Below are positions 37,820 to 48,136 of a stretch of DNA of 64,000 nucleotides, piece after piece. Source of the stretch: Candidatus Bathyarchaeota archaeon (GTDB taxonomy: Archaea > Thermoproteota > Bathyarchaeia > TCS64). Both the position numbers and the translations under genes were made by a program. The stretch covers positions 736,001 through 800,000 of the forward strand of contig CAVYLP010000006.1 of the NCBI GenBank assembly GCA_963769425.1. The letters run 5' to 3'. Positions within the stretch are counted from its first letter, which is position 1; every line of letters begins with the position of its first letter. Under the pieces are notes generated by a model. It made no database searches and was not told the DNA's origin. It saw only the letters and a program-made list of their open reading frames with translations.

Positions 37820-39469
37820 TTGGTCAAGGCCGTTAACGGGTTGGTCAAGCTCCTCCGCGAGGAGGGGACCGAGTGGGTCTGCACGTTCCCGACGAACGTC
37901 TTCGTGAACGCGTGCGGCGAGGAGGGGATGCCCCTTATGATGGTTAGGACGGAGAGGTTCGCCGTCGCCGTGGCGGATGCCTACAGCAGGGCGACGAACG
38001 GGAAGAAGATCGGTGTCTCCGCCGTGATGGGTGGGCTAAACGCAGCAGGCACTGAGATGGCGTACGGCGCCCTAGCCCAGGCGTACGAGGACTCCTCCCC
38101 CCTACTATGCCTCACCGACGGCGTCCCCAACGAGGCCGCCGCGAGGGAGAGGTTCAACATCGAGGATGGGTTCCGTAGCGTCACGAAGTGGAATGGCTTC
38201 ATAAACCAGGGGCGGCGCGTCCCCGAGTTCGTGCGTCGCGCCTACACCCAGCTCCGCAGCGGGCGCCCAAGCCCCGTCATGCTACAGCTCCCACGCGGAC
38301 TCGAAGACTACGACCCCGCCGAGCACCCTTACACGCCGGTGAAGGGGTGGAAGCCCTCAGGCGACCCCCACGACGTGAAGGTGGCTGTCGAGGCCATCCT
38401 ACATGCTAGGAACCCGATGATCTACGCGGGGCAAGGCGTATTCTTCGGTGACGCCTGCGCCGAGCTGAAGCAGTTCGCGGAGATGACGGGCACACCCGTC
38501 CTCACCACCCTCATGGGGAAGAGCTGCTTCCCCGAGGACCACCCCCTCAGCCTCGGCGTCCGCGACGTCCCAGCCGAGAGGTGGCTCAAGGGCTCGGACC
38601 TCGTATTTGCCATAGGCACGAGCCTCGGCACCACCACATTCGGCCACGAGGTCCCCACGAGGGGGAAGACGATAGTCCAGTGCACCATCGACGAGCAGGA
38701 CCTAAACAGGGCAACAAGAACCGACCACGCCATAGTCGGCGACGCGAAGCTCGTCCTCCGCCAGATGATAGCTGAGGCGGAGAGGCATGGCGCAAAGCCG
38801 AAGCCCGGGGTCGAGGCGGAGGTCGCCGCCGCGAAAGAGGAGAAGATGAAGAAGTATCGCCCACTCATGGAGTCGAACGAGACACCGATAAACCCCTACA
38901 GGGTATACTCGGAGATAATCAAGACCGTCGACCCGATGAACAGCGTCGTAACCCACGAGTCGGGGAACACACGCGACCAACTCACCACAGTCTACGATGC
39001 CGTCACTGAGCATGGCTTCATGGCCTGGGGCAACGTCTCCACCCTCGGCTTCGGCCTCGGCGCCGCGATGGGTGCGAAGCTCGCCTACCCGAAGAGGCAG
39101 GTGGTAAGCGTCACGGGGGACGCCGGGGTGAGCTACCAGATGGGTGACTACGAGGCACTCATCCGCCACGGGATGGGGATAACAATCATCCATATAAACA
39201 ACGGCGGCTTCAGCGGCTACGGCCCCGGCTTCTGGGGGAGCGGTCACACCCCGTTCGCGTGCGAGGTGACGAAGCAGGACATCTACAAGACAGCGCAGAT
39301 GGCGGACGCCCTCGGTATGCACGCCACCCGGGTCGAGAAGCCCGACGACATCGCGCCAGCCCTGAAGGACGCCCTCAAGGAGAACACGAAGAACCGCCCA
39401 GCCTTCATAGAAGTCATTTGCAGCCGCCACCCAGTCTACGGCGGCTGGGTCAGGCCACCCGCCCACTAA
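37820..39469 (+). CDS. Thiamine-pyrophosphate-dependent enzyme (acetolactate-synthase-like)
   Basis: RTERFAVAVADAYSR, YAGQG and GDAG...INNGG TPP motif; start uncertain (37802 or 37820). Confidence 0.88.
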   Translation: MVKAVNGLVKLLREEGTEWVCTFPTNVFVNACGEEGMPLMMVRTERFAVAVADAYSRATNGKKIGVSAVMGGLNAAGTEMAYGALAQAYEDSSPLLCLTDGVPNEAAARERFNIEDGFRSVTKWNGFINQGRRVPEFVRRAYTQLRSGRPSPVMLQLPRGLEDYDPAEHPYTPVKGWKPSGDPHDVKVAVEAILHARNPMIYAGQGVFFGDACAELKQFAEMTGTPVLTTLMGKSCFPEDHPLSLGVRDVPAERWLKGSDLVFAIGTSLGTTTFGHEVPTRGKTIVQCTIDEQDLNRATRTDHAIVGDAKLVLRQMIAEAERHGAKPKPGVEAEVAAAKEEKMKKYRPLMESNETPINPYRVYSEIIKTVDPMNSVVTHESGNTRDQLTTVYDAVTEHGFMAWGNVSTLGFGLGAAMGAKLAYPKRQVVSVTGDAGVSYQMGDYEALIRHGMGITIIHINNGGFSGYGPGFWGSGHTPFACEVTKQDIYKTAQMADALGMHATRVEKPDDIAPALKDALKENTKNRPAFIEVICSRHPVYGGWVRPPAH

Positions 39470-39508
39470 CCACCCATCTTTTAACCGATAAACCGCGTCT
39501 CACTACAC

Positions 39509-40678
39509 ATGTTCAAGTCATGCGTGGACGAGAAGGCGGCAACGGAGCTACTCAGGGAGCTTGTGAAGATCGATTCGGTCAACCCGACGCTCGTGCCCGG
39601 GGCGAAGGGGGAAGAGGAGATCGCCGAGTACGTGGCCCAGTGGCTTAAGGGCCTCGGCCTCAAGGCCAAGGTCGACAAGATAGAGGCGAAGAGGGCAAAC
39701 GCCGTGGGCACCCTCAAGGGAACCGGTGGCGGCAAGAGCCTAATGCTCAACGGCCACATCGACACCGTCGGCTACGACTACATGACCATCGACCCCCTCA
39801 AGCCGGTTATCAAGGAAGGTAGGATGTACGGGCGCGGTACATACGACATGAAGGGCGGTTTAGTAGCTAGCCTCGCTGCGCTAAAGGCTGTCATCGACTC
39901 CGGCACCCAGCTCAAGGGTGATGTGGTCGTCGCTGCCGTCTGCGATGAGGAGTTCGCCAGCATCGGCACCGAGAGGGTGATGGAGAAGACGCGTGTAGAC
40001 GCGGCGATCATCGGTGAGCCGAGCGCCCTACAGATCGAGAGGTGCCACAAGGGCTTCGCGTGGATAGATGTCGAGACGAAGGGTCTAGCCGCCCACGGCA
40101 GCATGTGGGAAACCGGCGTCGACGCCATCGCGAAGATGGGCAACGTACTCACGGGACTCGAAGCAATCAGCGCTAAGCTGCAGAAGAGGAAGCACCCCGT
40201 CCTCGGACCAGCCAGTGTCCACGCGGGCACGATAAAGGGCGGCCTAGAACTCAGCACCTATCCCGATAAGTGCCTACTCCAGATCGAGAGGCGCACAATC
40301 CCGGGGGAGGAGCGGAAGGACATCGAGGCTGAGATGGAGGCGCTCCTCAAGGGCATCGCGGAGAAGGACCCCCGGTTCAAGGCGAGCTACGAGATAACCT
40401 TCTACCGTGGCCCGATGGACGTCCCAGAGACTTCGGACATCTGCCAGACCATCGTTGCTTGCAGCAAGGAGGCGATAAAGCTCACTCCCGCCTTCGTAGG
40501 TGGCTCCGGGTGGATGGACACTCAGATCATGTGGGAGAAGGGCATACCCGCTGTCGCCTACGGTCCATCCGGCGAGGGCGCACACGCCGCCGTCGAGTGG
40601 GTCGACCTCGACACCGTGACGGATGCAGCAAGAGTGCAGGAGCTGGTCCTACACCGCTTCTGCGGCGAGAAGAACTAG
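39509..40678 (+). CDS. ArgE/DapE family M20 deacylase
   Basis: NGHIDTV, GRGTYDMKGG, DEE, GEP and AH. Confidence 0.92.
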   Translation: MFKSCVDEKAATELLRELVKIDSVNPTLVPGAKGEEEIAEYVAQWLKGLGLKAKVDKIEAKRANAVGTLKGTGGGKSLMLNGHIDTVGYDYMTIDPLKPVIKEGRMYGRGTYDMKGGLVASLAALKAVIDSGTQLKGDVVVAAVCDEEFASIGTERVMEKTRVDAAIIGEPSALQIERCHKGFAWIDVETKGLAAHGSMWETGVDAIAKMGNVLTGLEAISAKLQKRKHPVLGPASVHAGTIKGGLELSTYPDKCLLQIERRTIPGEERKDIEAEMEALLKGIAEKDPRFKASYEITFYRGPMDVPETSDICQTIVACSKEAIKLTPAFVGGSGWMDTQIMWEKGIPAVAYGPSGEGAHAAVEWVDLDTVTDAARVQELVLHRFCGEKN

Positions 40679-40737
40679 AACCCCCCTTACATCATCTATG
40701 AGAAACTAGAATAATGCGTAGCAATCAGCATGGATCG

Positions 40738-41145
40738 ATGACGAGGCTCACCGTGGTAGACGCCGACAGGTGCGTCGGCTGCCAGCTCTGCATGTTCGCC
40801 TGCAACAGGCGCTTCGGCGAGGGAGGGCTGGCGAAGTCGGCCATCAGGGTCCGATCCGCGGGAGGCTTTGAGAGGGGCTTCGTCGTAGTCACTTGCAGGG
40901 CCTGCCCCGATCCCCCATGCATGAAGGTGTGCCCCGTAGACGCCCTCGAGCAGCGCAGGGGCGGAGGCGTCGTCCTCAAGGCGGGCAAGTGTATAGGCTG
41001 CCACCGCTGCGCCGAGGCCTGCCCCGTACACGCCGTCTTCTGGGACGACGAGGCAAACAAGCCGGACATCTGCGTCCACTGCGGGTACTGCGTGGGTTAC
41101 TGCCCACACGAGGTGCTCGCGATGAAGGAGGCCGAGCCGCTGTGA
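40738..41145 (+). CDS. Multi-[4Fe-4S] ferredoxin-like subunit
   Basis: Four CxxC clusters (CVGCQLC, CRACPDPPC, CIGCHRC, CVHCGYC). Confidence 0.9.
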   Translation: MTRLTVVDADRCVGCQLCMFACNRRFGEGGLAKSAIRVRSAGGFERGFVVVTCRACPDPPCMKVCPVDALEQRRGGGVVLKAGKCIGCHRCAEACPVHAVFWDDEANKPDICVHCGYCVGYCPHEVLAMKEAEPL

Positions 41146-42890
41146 GGCTACCGACGCGCGTATTGACGGCAGATCTGACGGCCCGACGATTCATGGTCGA
41201 AGACCGCGCAGACCTCTTCCAGTACTACATCGGCGGCTCAGGCGTCGCCATCAACCTGCTCAAGGAGAACTGCCCCGTTGGGGCTGACCCGCTTGGTCCG
41301 GATAATCCAATCGTCTTCGCCGTTGGCCCCCTCGTAGGGCTCTACCCACTCGCATCGAAGACTGTGGCGATGTTTAAGTCGCCTCTCACGGGGAACCTCG
41401 GCGAGAGCCACGCCGGCGGGCGAAGCGCCGTGGCGATAAGGTCCGCCGGCTACGGCGCCATCGTGATCAAAGGCGCCAGTGAGTCCCCCGTCTACCTCTC
41501 GATCGACGATAAGGGCGTCCAGTTCAGGGACGCATCTGGCATCTGGGGGATCGCGAGCACAGTCACCACGGGTAGGGTAATAAGGGAACTTGAGGCAGGC
41601 GCGGGGACGCGGACAATAATGCGGATCGGTGGAGCTGGGGAGCATCTCGTCAGGTACGCGAGCGTCACGACCGAGACTTACCGCCACTTCGGGCGCCTCG
41701 GACTCGGCGCCGTCTTCGGCAGCAAGAAGCTGAAGGCCGTCACCGTCTCCGGAAACCACGGCATCGAGGTAAGCGACAGGAAGCTCTACCGCGAGACCTA
41801 CGACGACATCTACAAGCGGGCCGTCGAGTCCCCCGTAATGAAAAAGTACCACGACATAGGCACCGCTTCGAACATCATGCCCCTCAACCTGCAGAAAGGG
41901 CTCCCTACGATGAACCTCAAGACGACTACGTCCACAGAGGCGGAACACATCTCGGGGGAGAAGCTCGCCGAGAACTACCTAGGGCGCCGAGTCGCCTGCG
42001 CCCACTGCCCCGTCGCCTGCATCCACATCGCTGCCCTACGCGAGCCCTACGAGAAGGAGCCCTACTTCTACAAGACAACGATGATACCTTACGATTACGA
42101 GCTAATCTACGGCCTCGGCTCGATGGTCGGCGTCTTCGACGAGAAGGCGATGCTCCACCTCATAGACGCCGTCGAGATCTGGGGGCTGGACGCGATGAGT
42201 ACCGGCGTTGTGCTAGCATGGGCCACAGAGGCGCAGGAGAAGGGGCTGATAACCCAGGACGAGACCCTAGGGCTCACCATGAAGTTCGGGGACGAGCCCG
42301 CCTACGCGAAAGCAGTTGAGTACATAGTGAAGCAGCCGAACGAGTTCTACTCCGCGCTGGCGAAGGGCGTCGACTTCGCCTCTAAACGCTACGGTGGTGA
42401 GGACTATGCCCTTGCCTTCGGGGGGAATGAGATGCCCGGGTACCACACGGGGCCCGTCAGCCACGTTGGCCACCTAACAGGCAGCCGCCACAGCCACCTC
42501 GACGCCGCCGGGTACAGCGTTGACCAGGCCGCCCTTAAGGACAAGCTCCCCGATCCGAAGGCCGCCGCCGCAAAGCTTCTGAAAGAGGAGGCCTGGCGCC
42601 AGATACTCAGCAGCCTAGTAATATGCTTCTTCGCGAGAGGAATCTACGACAAAGACACTATCGCGAAGGCCCTCACAACCGCGGGGCATAAGATCGCCCC
42701 CGAGGCCCTCGAGGGGATAGGAATGCAGATTCTTCGGGAGAAGAACCGCTTCAAGGAGAGGGAGGGGTTCAATGCGAAGAAGCTTAGGATCCCGGGGCGG
42801 ATCTTCGAGACCGACTCCCCGCTCGGCAAGATCGACGAGAAGTACCTGCGCGAGTCCGTGGAGGAGTTCTACAGACTCCTCTACGCCTAG
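41142..42890 (+). CDS. aor: Tungsten-type aldehyde:ferredoxin oxidoreductase family protein
   Basis: KSPLTG...ESHAGG, GRLGLGAVFGSKKLKA, CAHCPVAC and GLDAMS; GTG 41142 overlaps the ferredoxin stop. Confidence 0.9.
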   Translation: MRLPTRVLTADLTARRFMVEDRADLFQYYIGGSGVAINLLKENCPVGADPLGPDNPIVFAVGPLVGLYPLASKTVAMFKSPLTGNLGESHAGGRSAVAIRSAGYGAIVIKGASESPVYLSIDDKGVQFRDASGIWGIASTVTTGRVIRELEAGAGTRTIMRIGGAGEHLVRYASVTTETYRHFGRLGLGAVFGSKKLKAVTVSGNHGIEVSDRKLYRETYDDIYKRAVESPVMKKYHDIGTASNIMPLNLQKGLPTMNLKTTTSTEAEHISGEKLAENYLGRRVACAHCPVACIHIAALREPYEKEPYFYKTTMIPYDYELIYGLGSMVGVFDEKAMLHLIDAVEIWGLDAMSTGVVLAWATEAQEKGLITQDETLGLTMKFGDEPAYAKAVEYIVKQPNEFYSALAKGVDFASKRYGGEDYALAFGGNEMPGYHTGPVSHVGHLTGSRHSHLDAAGYSVDQAALKDKLPDPKAAAAKLLKEEAWRQILSSLVICFFARGIYDKDTIAKALTTAGHKIAPEALEGIGMQILREKNRFKEREGFNAKKLRIPGRIFETDSPLGKIDEKYLRESVEEFYRLLYA

Positions 42891-43207
42891 GGCTTCTCTA
42901 TGTGAAAGATTTCCCGCAGCTCCTCGGATACTGGGCTGTTGTCCTGGTTTGACGGCATCAGCTCCCTCATGTGGGTCCACCAGCTCCTACAGATTGGCGT
43001 CCTCGAAACCGCGTCCCACTGAGCTTCATTCTCGAACTCGACGTAGGCGAAGAGTTGTCTAGTCGATGGGTGGAGGAAGATGGAGTAGGTGTGGACGCCG
43101 TGGTCCCTGAGGGTTTTCTCAAGCTCGGGCCAGATGGGTGTGTGCCTCCTCTCGTACTCGGCCTCGCAGCTGGGGTAGATACTCATCACGAACGCTTTCC
43201 TGATCAT
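42887..43207 (-). CDS. rhaM: L-rhamnose mutarotase
   Basis: RKAFVM, EYERRHTPIWPEL, YSIFL and WWTHM. Confidence 0.9.
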   Translation of the reverse strand: MIRKAFVMSIYPSCEAEYERRHTPIWPELEKTLRDHGVHTYSIFLHPSTRQLFAYVEFENEAQWDAVSRTPICRSWWTHMRELMPSNQDNSPVSEELREIFHIEKP

Positions 43208-43217
43208 TCCAAGCCCC

Positions 43218-43712
43218 CTAAAGGTCTAGTATCTTCGCAGTGGGTCCATTTGTGTCTAGCACTGCGAAGCTGCTCCTCCCCGTGACGTATCCGCAGACCT
43301 CCCCCGGATTCACGACGAGGGTTGTGCTCCTATTCTCCACCTTCGCCTTGTGATCGTGCCCGTGGACGACGGCGTCGTAGCTGCCGTGTGAGATGATGGA
43401 GCGGAGGAGTGTGTCATCGTGGCCATGGAGTAGGGCGATCCTCCTCCCGCCAGCCTCCACCTCGGCGAAGTTGCCCACAATATCCTTCCCGACCTCGGCG
43501 TAGACCTCCCTGAGTTTCTCCCTCTCGGCGCAGTTGTTGCCATAGACGCCGATCATTTTCGCCTTCAACTCGGAGTAGGGCTTCGCCGTGAATGGGCTGA
43601 TGTAGTCCCCCGCGTGGAGAACAAGGTCAACCTCTAACTCGTCGAGTCGGCGTATCGCCTCCCTTATCTTCGGGACGTTGTCGTGTGTGTCCGATATCAG
43701 ACCGAGGCGCAT
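43218..43712 (-). CDS. Metallophosphoesterase (YfcE/MJ0936-like)
   Basis: SDTHD, HAGD, GNN, HGH, HGHDH and NPGE. Confidence 0.9.
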   Translation of the reverse strand: MRLGLISDTHDNVPKIREAIRRLDELEVDLVLHAGDYISPFTAKPYSELKAKMIGVYGNNCAEREKLREVYAEVGKDIVGNFAEVEAGGRRIALLHGHDDTLLRSIISHGSYDAVVHGHDHKAKVENRSTTLVVNPGEVCGYVTGRSSFAVLDTNGPTAKILDL

Positions 43713-45145
43713 CAGTCCTTCCTCCCCGCGTGGTAGAGGATATCCCTGACCCTGAGTATCTCGAGGGTGCTTGTGCGCCCCGGCGCCTCGAGTGTAGAGC
43801 CGGAGACAATCATGATGATGTCGGGCTCCCTGATCATTCCGTCCCTCAGCGCCCTGTTGACGGCTCGGATTATGAGTTCGTCCCTGTCATCGCTCCACTG
43901 GACGTCCAGTGGCTCGACTCCCCAATAAAGTCGGGTCCTCCTCGCAATCTTCGCCTCACGGACGACGGCTAGGATACGGGCGGATGGGCGGTACTTGCTG
44001 ACCATGAGGGTCGTGAAGCCGCTGCGCGTCACTGTGAAGATGGCCGCCGGCTTCACCGACTCAACAGCCTGGGAGGCGAGGCTGCCTATTATCTCGGGTA
44101 TGGGTTGCCCCTCCCTAGGCCTCTGGGCCTTTCTAAGTGTACCCCCCGCCTCGACTACACGGCTGATGCTCTCCATGATCCGCACCGCCTCTATTGGGTG
44201 GGCGCCCGTCGCCGTCTCTTCGCTTAGCATCACCGCGTCTGCGCCATCGAGGATAGCGTTGGCGACGTCACTGGCCTCCGCCCGAGTAGGGCGTGGGTTC
44301 TCGACCATCGACTCAAGCATCTGCGTCGCCACGATGACGGGCCTACCAGTCTCGTAGCACTTGGCGATGATCTTCTTTTGGAGCAGAGGGATGTCCCAGG
44401 GGGGCACCTCGATGCCGAGGTCGCCGCGCGCAATCATAACGCCGTCGCTTGTGTCTATTATCTCGTCGATATTCGTGATGGCTTCGCCGTGCTCTATTTT
44501 ACTGATGACTGGCTGGTCTCCCCCGGCCTCCTTAATGGCCTCCTTTACTGTTTCCACATCTTTCTTATTCCTGATGAAAGAGGCTGCGAACCAGTCGGCG
44601 CCGACCTGTACTCCGAACTCGATGCCCTTCACGTCCTGCTCCGTCGGGGGGTGGATGCTGAGGCTCGCACCTGGGACGTTGACACCCTTGTGGCTGCTCG
44701 CCTCGCCGCCACTGGCGACCTTCGCCTCGAATCCCTTGAAGTCGCCATCCACCTTGATTATGTCAAGCTCGATGAGGCCGTCGTTGATAAAGATGTGGCC
44801 CCCGGGGCGGACTTCGGCTGGGAGCTTATCGTAGTTGACCGGGAGCGTTAGGCCCTCCCCGACGACGTTCTCCGTCGTGAACCTGACGTTGTCCCCCGCC
44901 TTCAGCTGGATGGGCTCCTTAAGCTCCCCGATCCTTATCTTTGGGCCAGGGAGGTCAACTAGGACGGCGACATTCCCTAGGCTCCTGATGGCGCGTATTG
45001 TGTTGCGGTGGTCGTCGAAGCTCCCGTGGCTCAGGTTGACCCTCGCCACATCCATCCCTGCCGCGGCCATCTCCTTCAGGATATCCGGCCTCCTGCTCGC
45101 CGGGCCGATGGTGCAGACTATCTTGCTCCTGACGTAGCCGTCCAT
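43712..45145 (-). CDS. pyk: Pyruvate kinase
   Basis: KIVCTIGP, DLPGPKIR, MIARGDLG, ATQMLESM, PTRAEASDV and DAVMLS. Confidence 0.96.
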   Translation of the reverse strand: MDGYVRSKIVCTIGPASRRPDILKEMAAAGMDVARVNLSHGSFDDHRNTIRAIRSLGNVAVLVDLPGPKIRIGELKEPIQLKAGDNVRFTTENVVGEGLTLPVNYDKLPAEVRPGGHIFINDGLIELDIIKVDGDFKGFEAKVASGGEASSHKGVNVPGASLSIHPPTEQDVKGIEFGVQVGADWFAASFIRNKKDVETVKEAIKEAGGDQPVISKIEHGEAITNIDEIIDTSDGVMIARGDLGIEVPPWDIPLLQKKIIAKCYETGRPVIVATQMLESMVENPRPTRAEASDVANAILDGADAVMLSEETATGAHPIEAVRIMESISRVVEAGGTLRKAQRPREGQPIPEIIGSLASQAVESVKPAAIFTVTRSGFTTLMVSKYRPSARILAVVREAKIARRTRLYWGVEPLDVQWSDDRDELIIRAVNRALRDGMIREPDIIMIVSGSTLEAPGRTSTLEILRVRDILYHAGRKD

Positions 45146-45214
45146 ATTCCTTCATGGCATCTATCGGACGCTGGGTTCTTATCCTCTGCGCCTAGGATAC
45201 CGTGGGGCTCAAGT

Positions 45215-45775
45215 TTGCGCTGCGCCGTGATCCTGCACGCACCCATTGGGGGAGGGAAGACGACCACTGCCAGAACAGTGGCTGAGAGGGCTCTGGCCGA
45301 GGGTTTGAAGGTTATGGGGATTCTGAGTCTACGCGTCATAGAGGGTGGTGAATTCCCAAGCTATGATCTATTGGAAATGGACACCAACGAGACGACGCCC
45401 CTCGTGAAGCCGGTTGAGGAGGCCTCGGGTGAGGGATGGGATTCCTTTGGCAATCCGCACTTCGTCTTCTCAAGGAAGGGCCTCTACTCTGCGAATCTCG
45501 CCCTCCACAGGGCGGCGGAGGAGATGAAGGACGGTGTCGTCGTCTTCGTGGACGAGTACGGCAGGCTCGAGTCGCAGCATAAGGGGATATACCCGGGGGC
45601 CGTAATGGTCGCCGATGGCCTGAAACGGGGTGGAGTTGCGATCTTCCTCTGCCGCGAGGACAAGGTCGATGAGGTCGCCGAACTCGTGAAGGGCAAGGCT
45701 TCCAGGGTCTTCAACATCGAGGCTGGGGACTCCGACGCGCTGCTTCGAATAATCCGCGGCTGCTCCAACCTGTAG
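45215..45775 (+). CDS. P-loop NTPase (DUF2478/NTPase-like)
   Basis: APIGGGKTT and VFVDEYGRLE; start uncertain. Confidence 0.7.
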   Translation: MRCAVILHAPIGGGKTTTARTVAERALAEGLKVMGILSLRVIEGGEFPSYDLLEMDTNETTPLVKPVEEASGEGWDSFGNPHFVFSRKGLYSANLALHRAAEEMKDGVVVFVDEYGRLESQHKGIYPGAVMVADGLKRGGVAIFLCREDKVDEVAELVKGKASRVFNIEAGDSDALLRIIRGCSNL

Positions 45776-45811
45776 ACTCTAAATACACCTTCATCGCTTA
45801 CCAGTATACGG

Positions 45812-48136
45812 TTGGCGCCCATGGAATACGATAGGATTCTCAGCGACCTCCTCCACAGGGACGAATACCTGTTGGTGGGGAAGAGGACGGTTCGCTCCGA
45901 CGCCCTAGATAAGCTCCTCGGGAAGGCGAAGTTCACCTCCGACTACATCCCCAGGGGCACTATGGTTGTGAAGGTCGTGCGGAGCACGGTGCCCCACGCA
46001 CTGCTTAAGCGGGTGGACACATCCGCGGCCCTGCGGATGCCGGGTGTCGTGGCCGTCCTCACCGCGAGGGATGTCCCCGGTGAAAACGAGATAGGGTACG
46101 CGCTCCCCGAGCAGGCGTTCCTCAATGGTGTGAAGGTCCACTACGTCGGTGACCCCATCGCACTCGTCTGCGCAGTGGACGACGTGACTGCCCAGGAGGC
46201 GGCCGAGGCCGTGGTAATAGAATACGAGCCGCTGCCCGCGGTCCTCGACATCGATGCGGCACTCGCTGACGGGGCGCCGGTGATACACAAGGACAACAAC
46301 ATCGCCGTGACCACGAAGATCAGGAAGGGCGACACGGTGAAGGGATGGAAGGAGGCCAGTGTCGTCGTCGAGGACACCTACTGGTCGCCTTACCAGGAGC
46401 ACATGTGCCTCGAGCCCGAAGCCGCTTACGCTGTCCCAGACGGTGAAGGCAAGGTAACCGTTATAGCCTGTATGCAGAGCCCTCACCTCGTCAGAGATAA
46501 GGTGGCTAGGGTCCTAGGTTGGAAGCTCAACCAGGTCAGGATCATTCAGGCGCTAACGGGCGGCGCATTCGGGAAGAAGGACGACACGGGACCACTGATC
46601 AGCGCGTACGCCGCAATCGCAGCCGTGAAGACGGGTAAACCCGCTGCGTATATAATGGACCGCAGCGAAGTTGTGGCTGTAACCCCTAAGCGCTTCCCGG
46701 TCCGATTCAAGTACAAGTCCGGCGCTGATAGGAATGGGAAGATGACGGCCGTAGAGGTCGATATCACTCTCGAGGTCGGTGCCTACGCTAACAGAGCTCC
46801 ATTCTGGCTATGGAGGCAAACCGCTCACGCCTGCGGCCCCTATGAAGTTCCAAACGTTGCCGTCGACGGACGCGCCGTCTACACCAACAAAGTCTACGGC
46901 GGTAGCTACCGTGGCTTCGGCAATCTTGCCCTCCACTTCGCCGCGGAACAGCAGGTCGACAAGCTCGCCATCGAATTAGGTATGGATCCCGTCGACTTCC
47001 GCATGAAGAACATCCTCAGGATAGGAGGACACACGACTTGCGACCAGCTACTCGACAACAGCGTCGGTATCGACAAGTGCCTTGAAGGCGTCGCCGCAGC
47101 CTCCGACTGGGCTAAGCATAGAGAGCCGGTCCGCATCGGATCGAAGGTTAGGGGTTGGGGCGTCGGCTGCGCCTACCACGGCAACAGCACAAGCCGCAGC
47201 ACCCCGGACTGGAGCGCCGCGGCCCTCATGATACACGAGGACGGAAGCCTCACCTACCGCACGGGGATATGCGAGATAGGTCAGGGCAGCCCCTTCGGCC
47301 ACGCCAAGATAGTCGCTGAGATCATCGGCGCCGACATCGAAACCATCAAGATAGAGCAGCCCGACACCGACACTACCCCCGACTCTAAGCCGACGCACGG
47401 CAGCCGAGGCCTAATGATGGGGGGTACCGCCGCCGCTGATGCGGCCATCCAGCTCAGGGAGCGGATCGTCCGCGTGTCCGCCGACATGCTCGGCTGCCCC
47501 GAGGCGCAGGTAGAGCTACGCGACAGCCAGGCCTACAACAAGAAGAAGCCCACCGTGAAGATACCATTCGCGGAGATCGCGGAGCAGATGCACATCAGGG
47601 GCGAGAACCCCGGCAGCTACGGCTTCTACACCTCCCCGAGGAGGTTCTTCGACCCCGAGACGGGCCTCGGGCACAACTACGCCGTCTACACCTTCGCCGC
47701 CTCGGTGGCGGAGGTCGAGGTCGACACGGAGACGGGGCAGATTGAGGTCACGAAGATCTGGCCCGCGATGGACGTCGGGAAGGCGATCGACCCACTCATC
47801 GTCGACGGGCAGATACACGGCGCCATCAGCCACGGTGTCGGCTTCGCCATAATGGAGAACCTGCAGCTCAGGGACGGCGTCGTCACCACCACCGGCTTCA
47901 AGGACTACATAATCCCCTCGGCCCTCGATACGCCTGAGATTGACGACACCATCATCGTCGAGGAGGCGTACAAGCACGCGGCCTTCGGCGCGAAGGGCGT
48001 CGGCGAGCCGAGCATAATCAGCATAGTCCCCGCCGTCGTCAACGCCATAACCCACGCGACTGGCATCAGGTTCAACACGATCCCCATAACGCCGGATCGC
48101 ATGCACAAGGCGCTAAAGGAGGCTGGCAAGTGTTGA
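45812..48136 (+). CDS. Xanthine dehydrogenase family molybdopterin-binding subunit (cluster 1)
   Basis: GGAFGKK, YRGFG, EIGQG, THGSR and AKGVGE. Confidence 0.93.
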   Translation: MAPMEYDRILSDLLHRDEYLLVGKRTVRSDALDKLLGKAKFTSDYIPRGTMVVKVVRSTVPHALLKRVDTSAALRMPGVVAVLTARDVPGENEIGYALPEQAFLNGVKVHYVGDPIALVCAVDDVTAQEAAEAVVIEYEPLPAVLDIDAALADGAPVIHKDNNIAVTTKIRKGDTVKGWKEASVVVEDTYWSPYQEHMCLEPEAAYAVPDGEGKVTVIACMQSPHLVRDKVARVLGWKLNQVRIIQALTGGAFGKKDDTGPLISAYAAIAAVKTGKPAAYIMDRSEVVAVTPKRFPVRFKYKSGADRNGKMTAVEVDITLEVGAYANRAPFWLWRQTAHACGPYEVPNVAVDGRAVYTNKVYGGSYRGFGNLALHFAAEQQVDKLAIELGMDPVDFRMKNILRIGGHTTCDQLLDNSVGIDKCLEGVAAASDWAKHREPVRIGSKVRGWGVGCAYHGNSTSRSTPDWSAAALMIHEDGSLTYRTGICEIGQGSPFGHAKIVAEIIGADIETIKIEQPDTDTTPDSKPTHGSRGLMMGGTAAADAAIQLRERIVRVSADMLGCPEAQVELRDSQAYNKKKPTVKIPFAEIAEQMHIRGENPGSYGFYTSPRRFFDPETGLGHNYAVYTFAASVAEVEVDTETGQIEVTKIWPAMDVGKAIDPLIVDGQIHGAISHGVGFAIMENLQLRDGVVTTTGFKDYIIPSALDTPEIDDTIIVEEAYKHAAFGAKGVGEPSIISIVPAVVNAITHATGIRFNTIPITPDRMHKALKEAGKC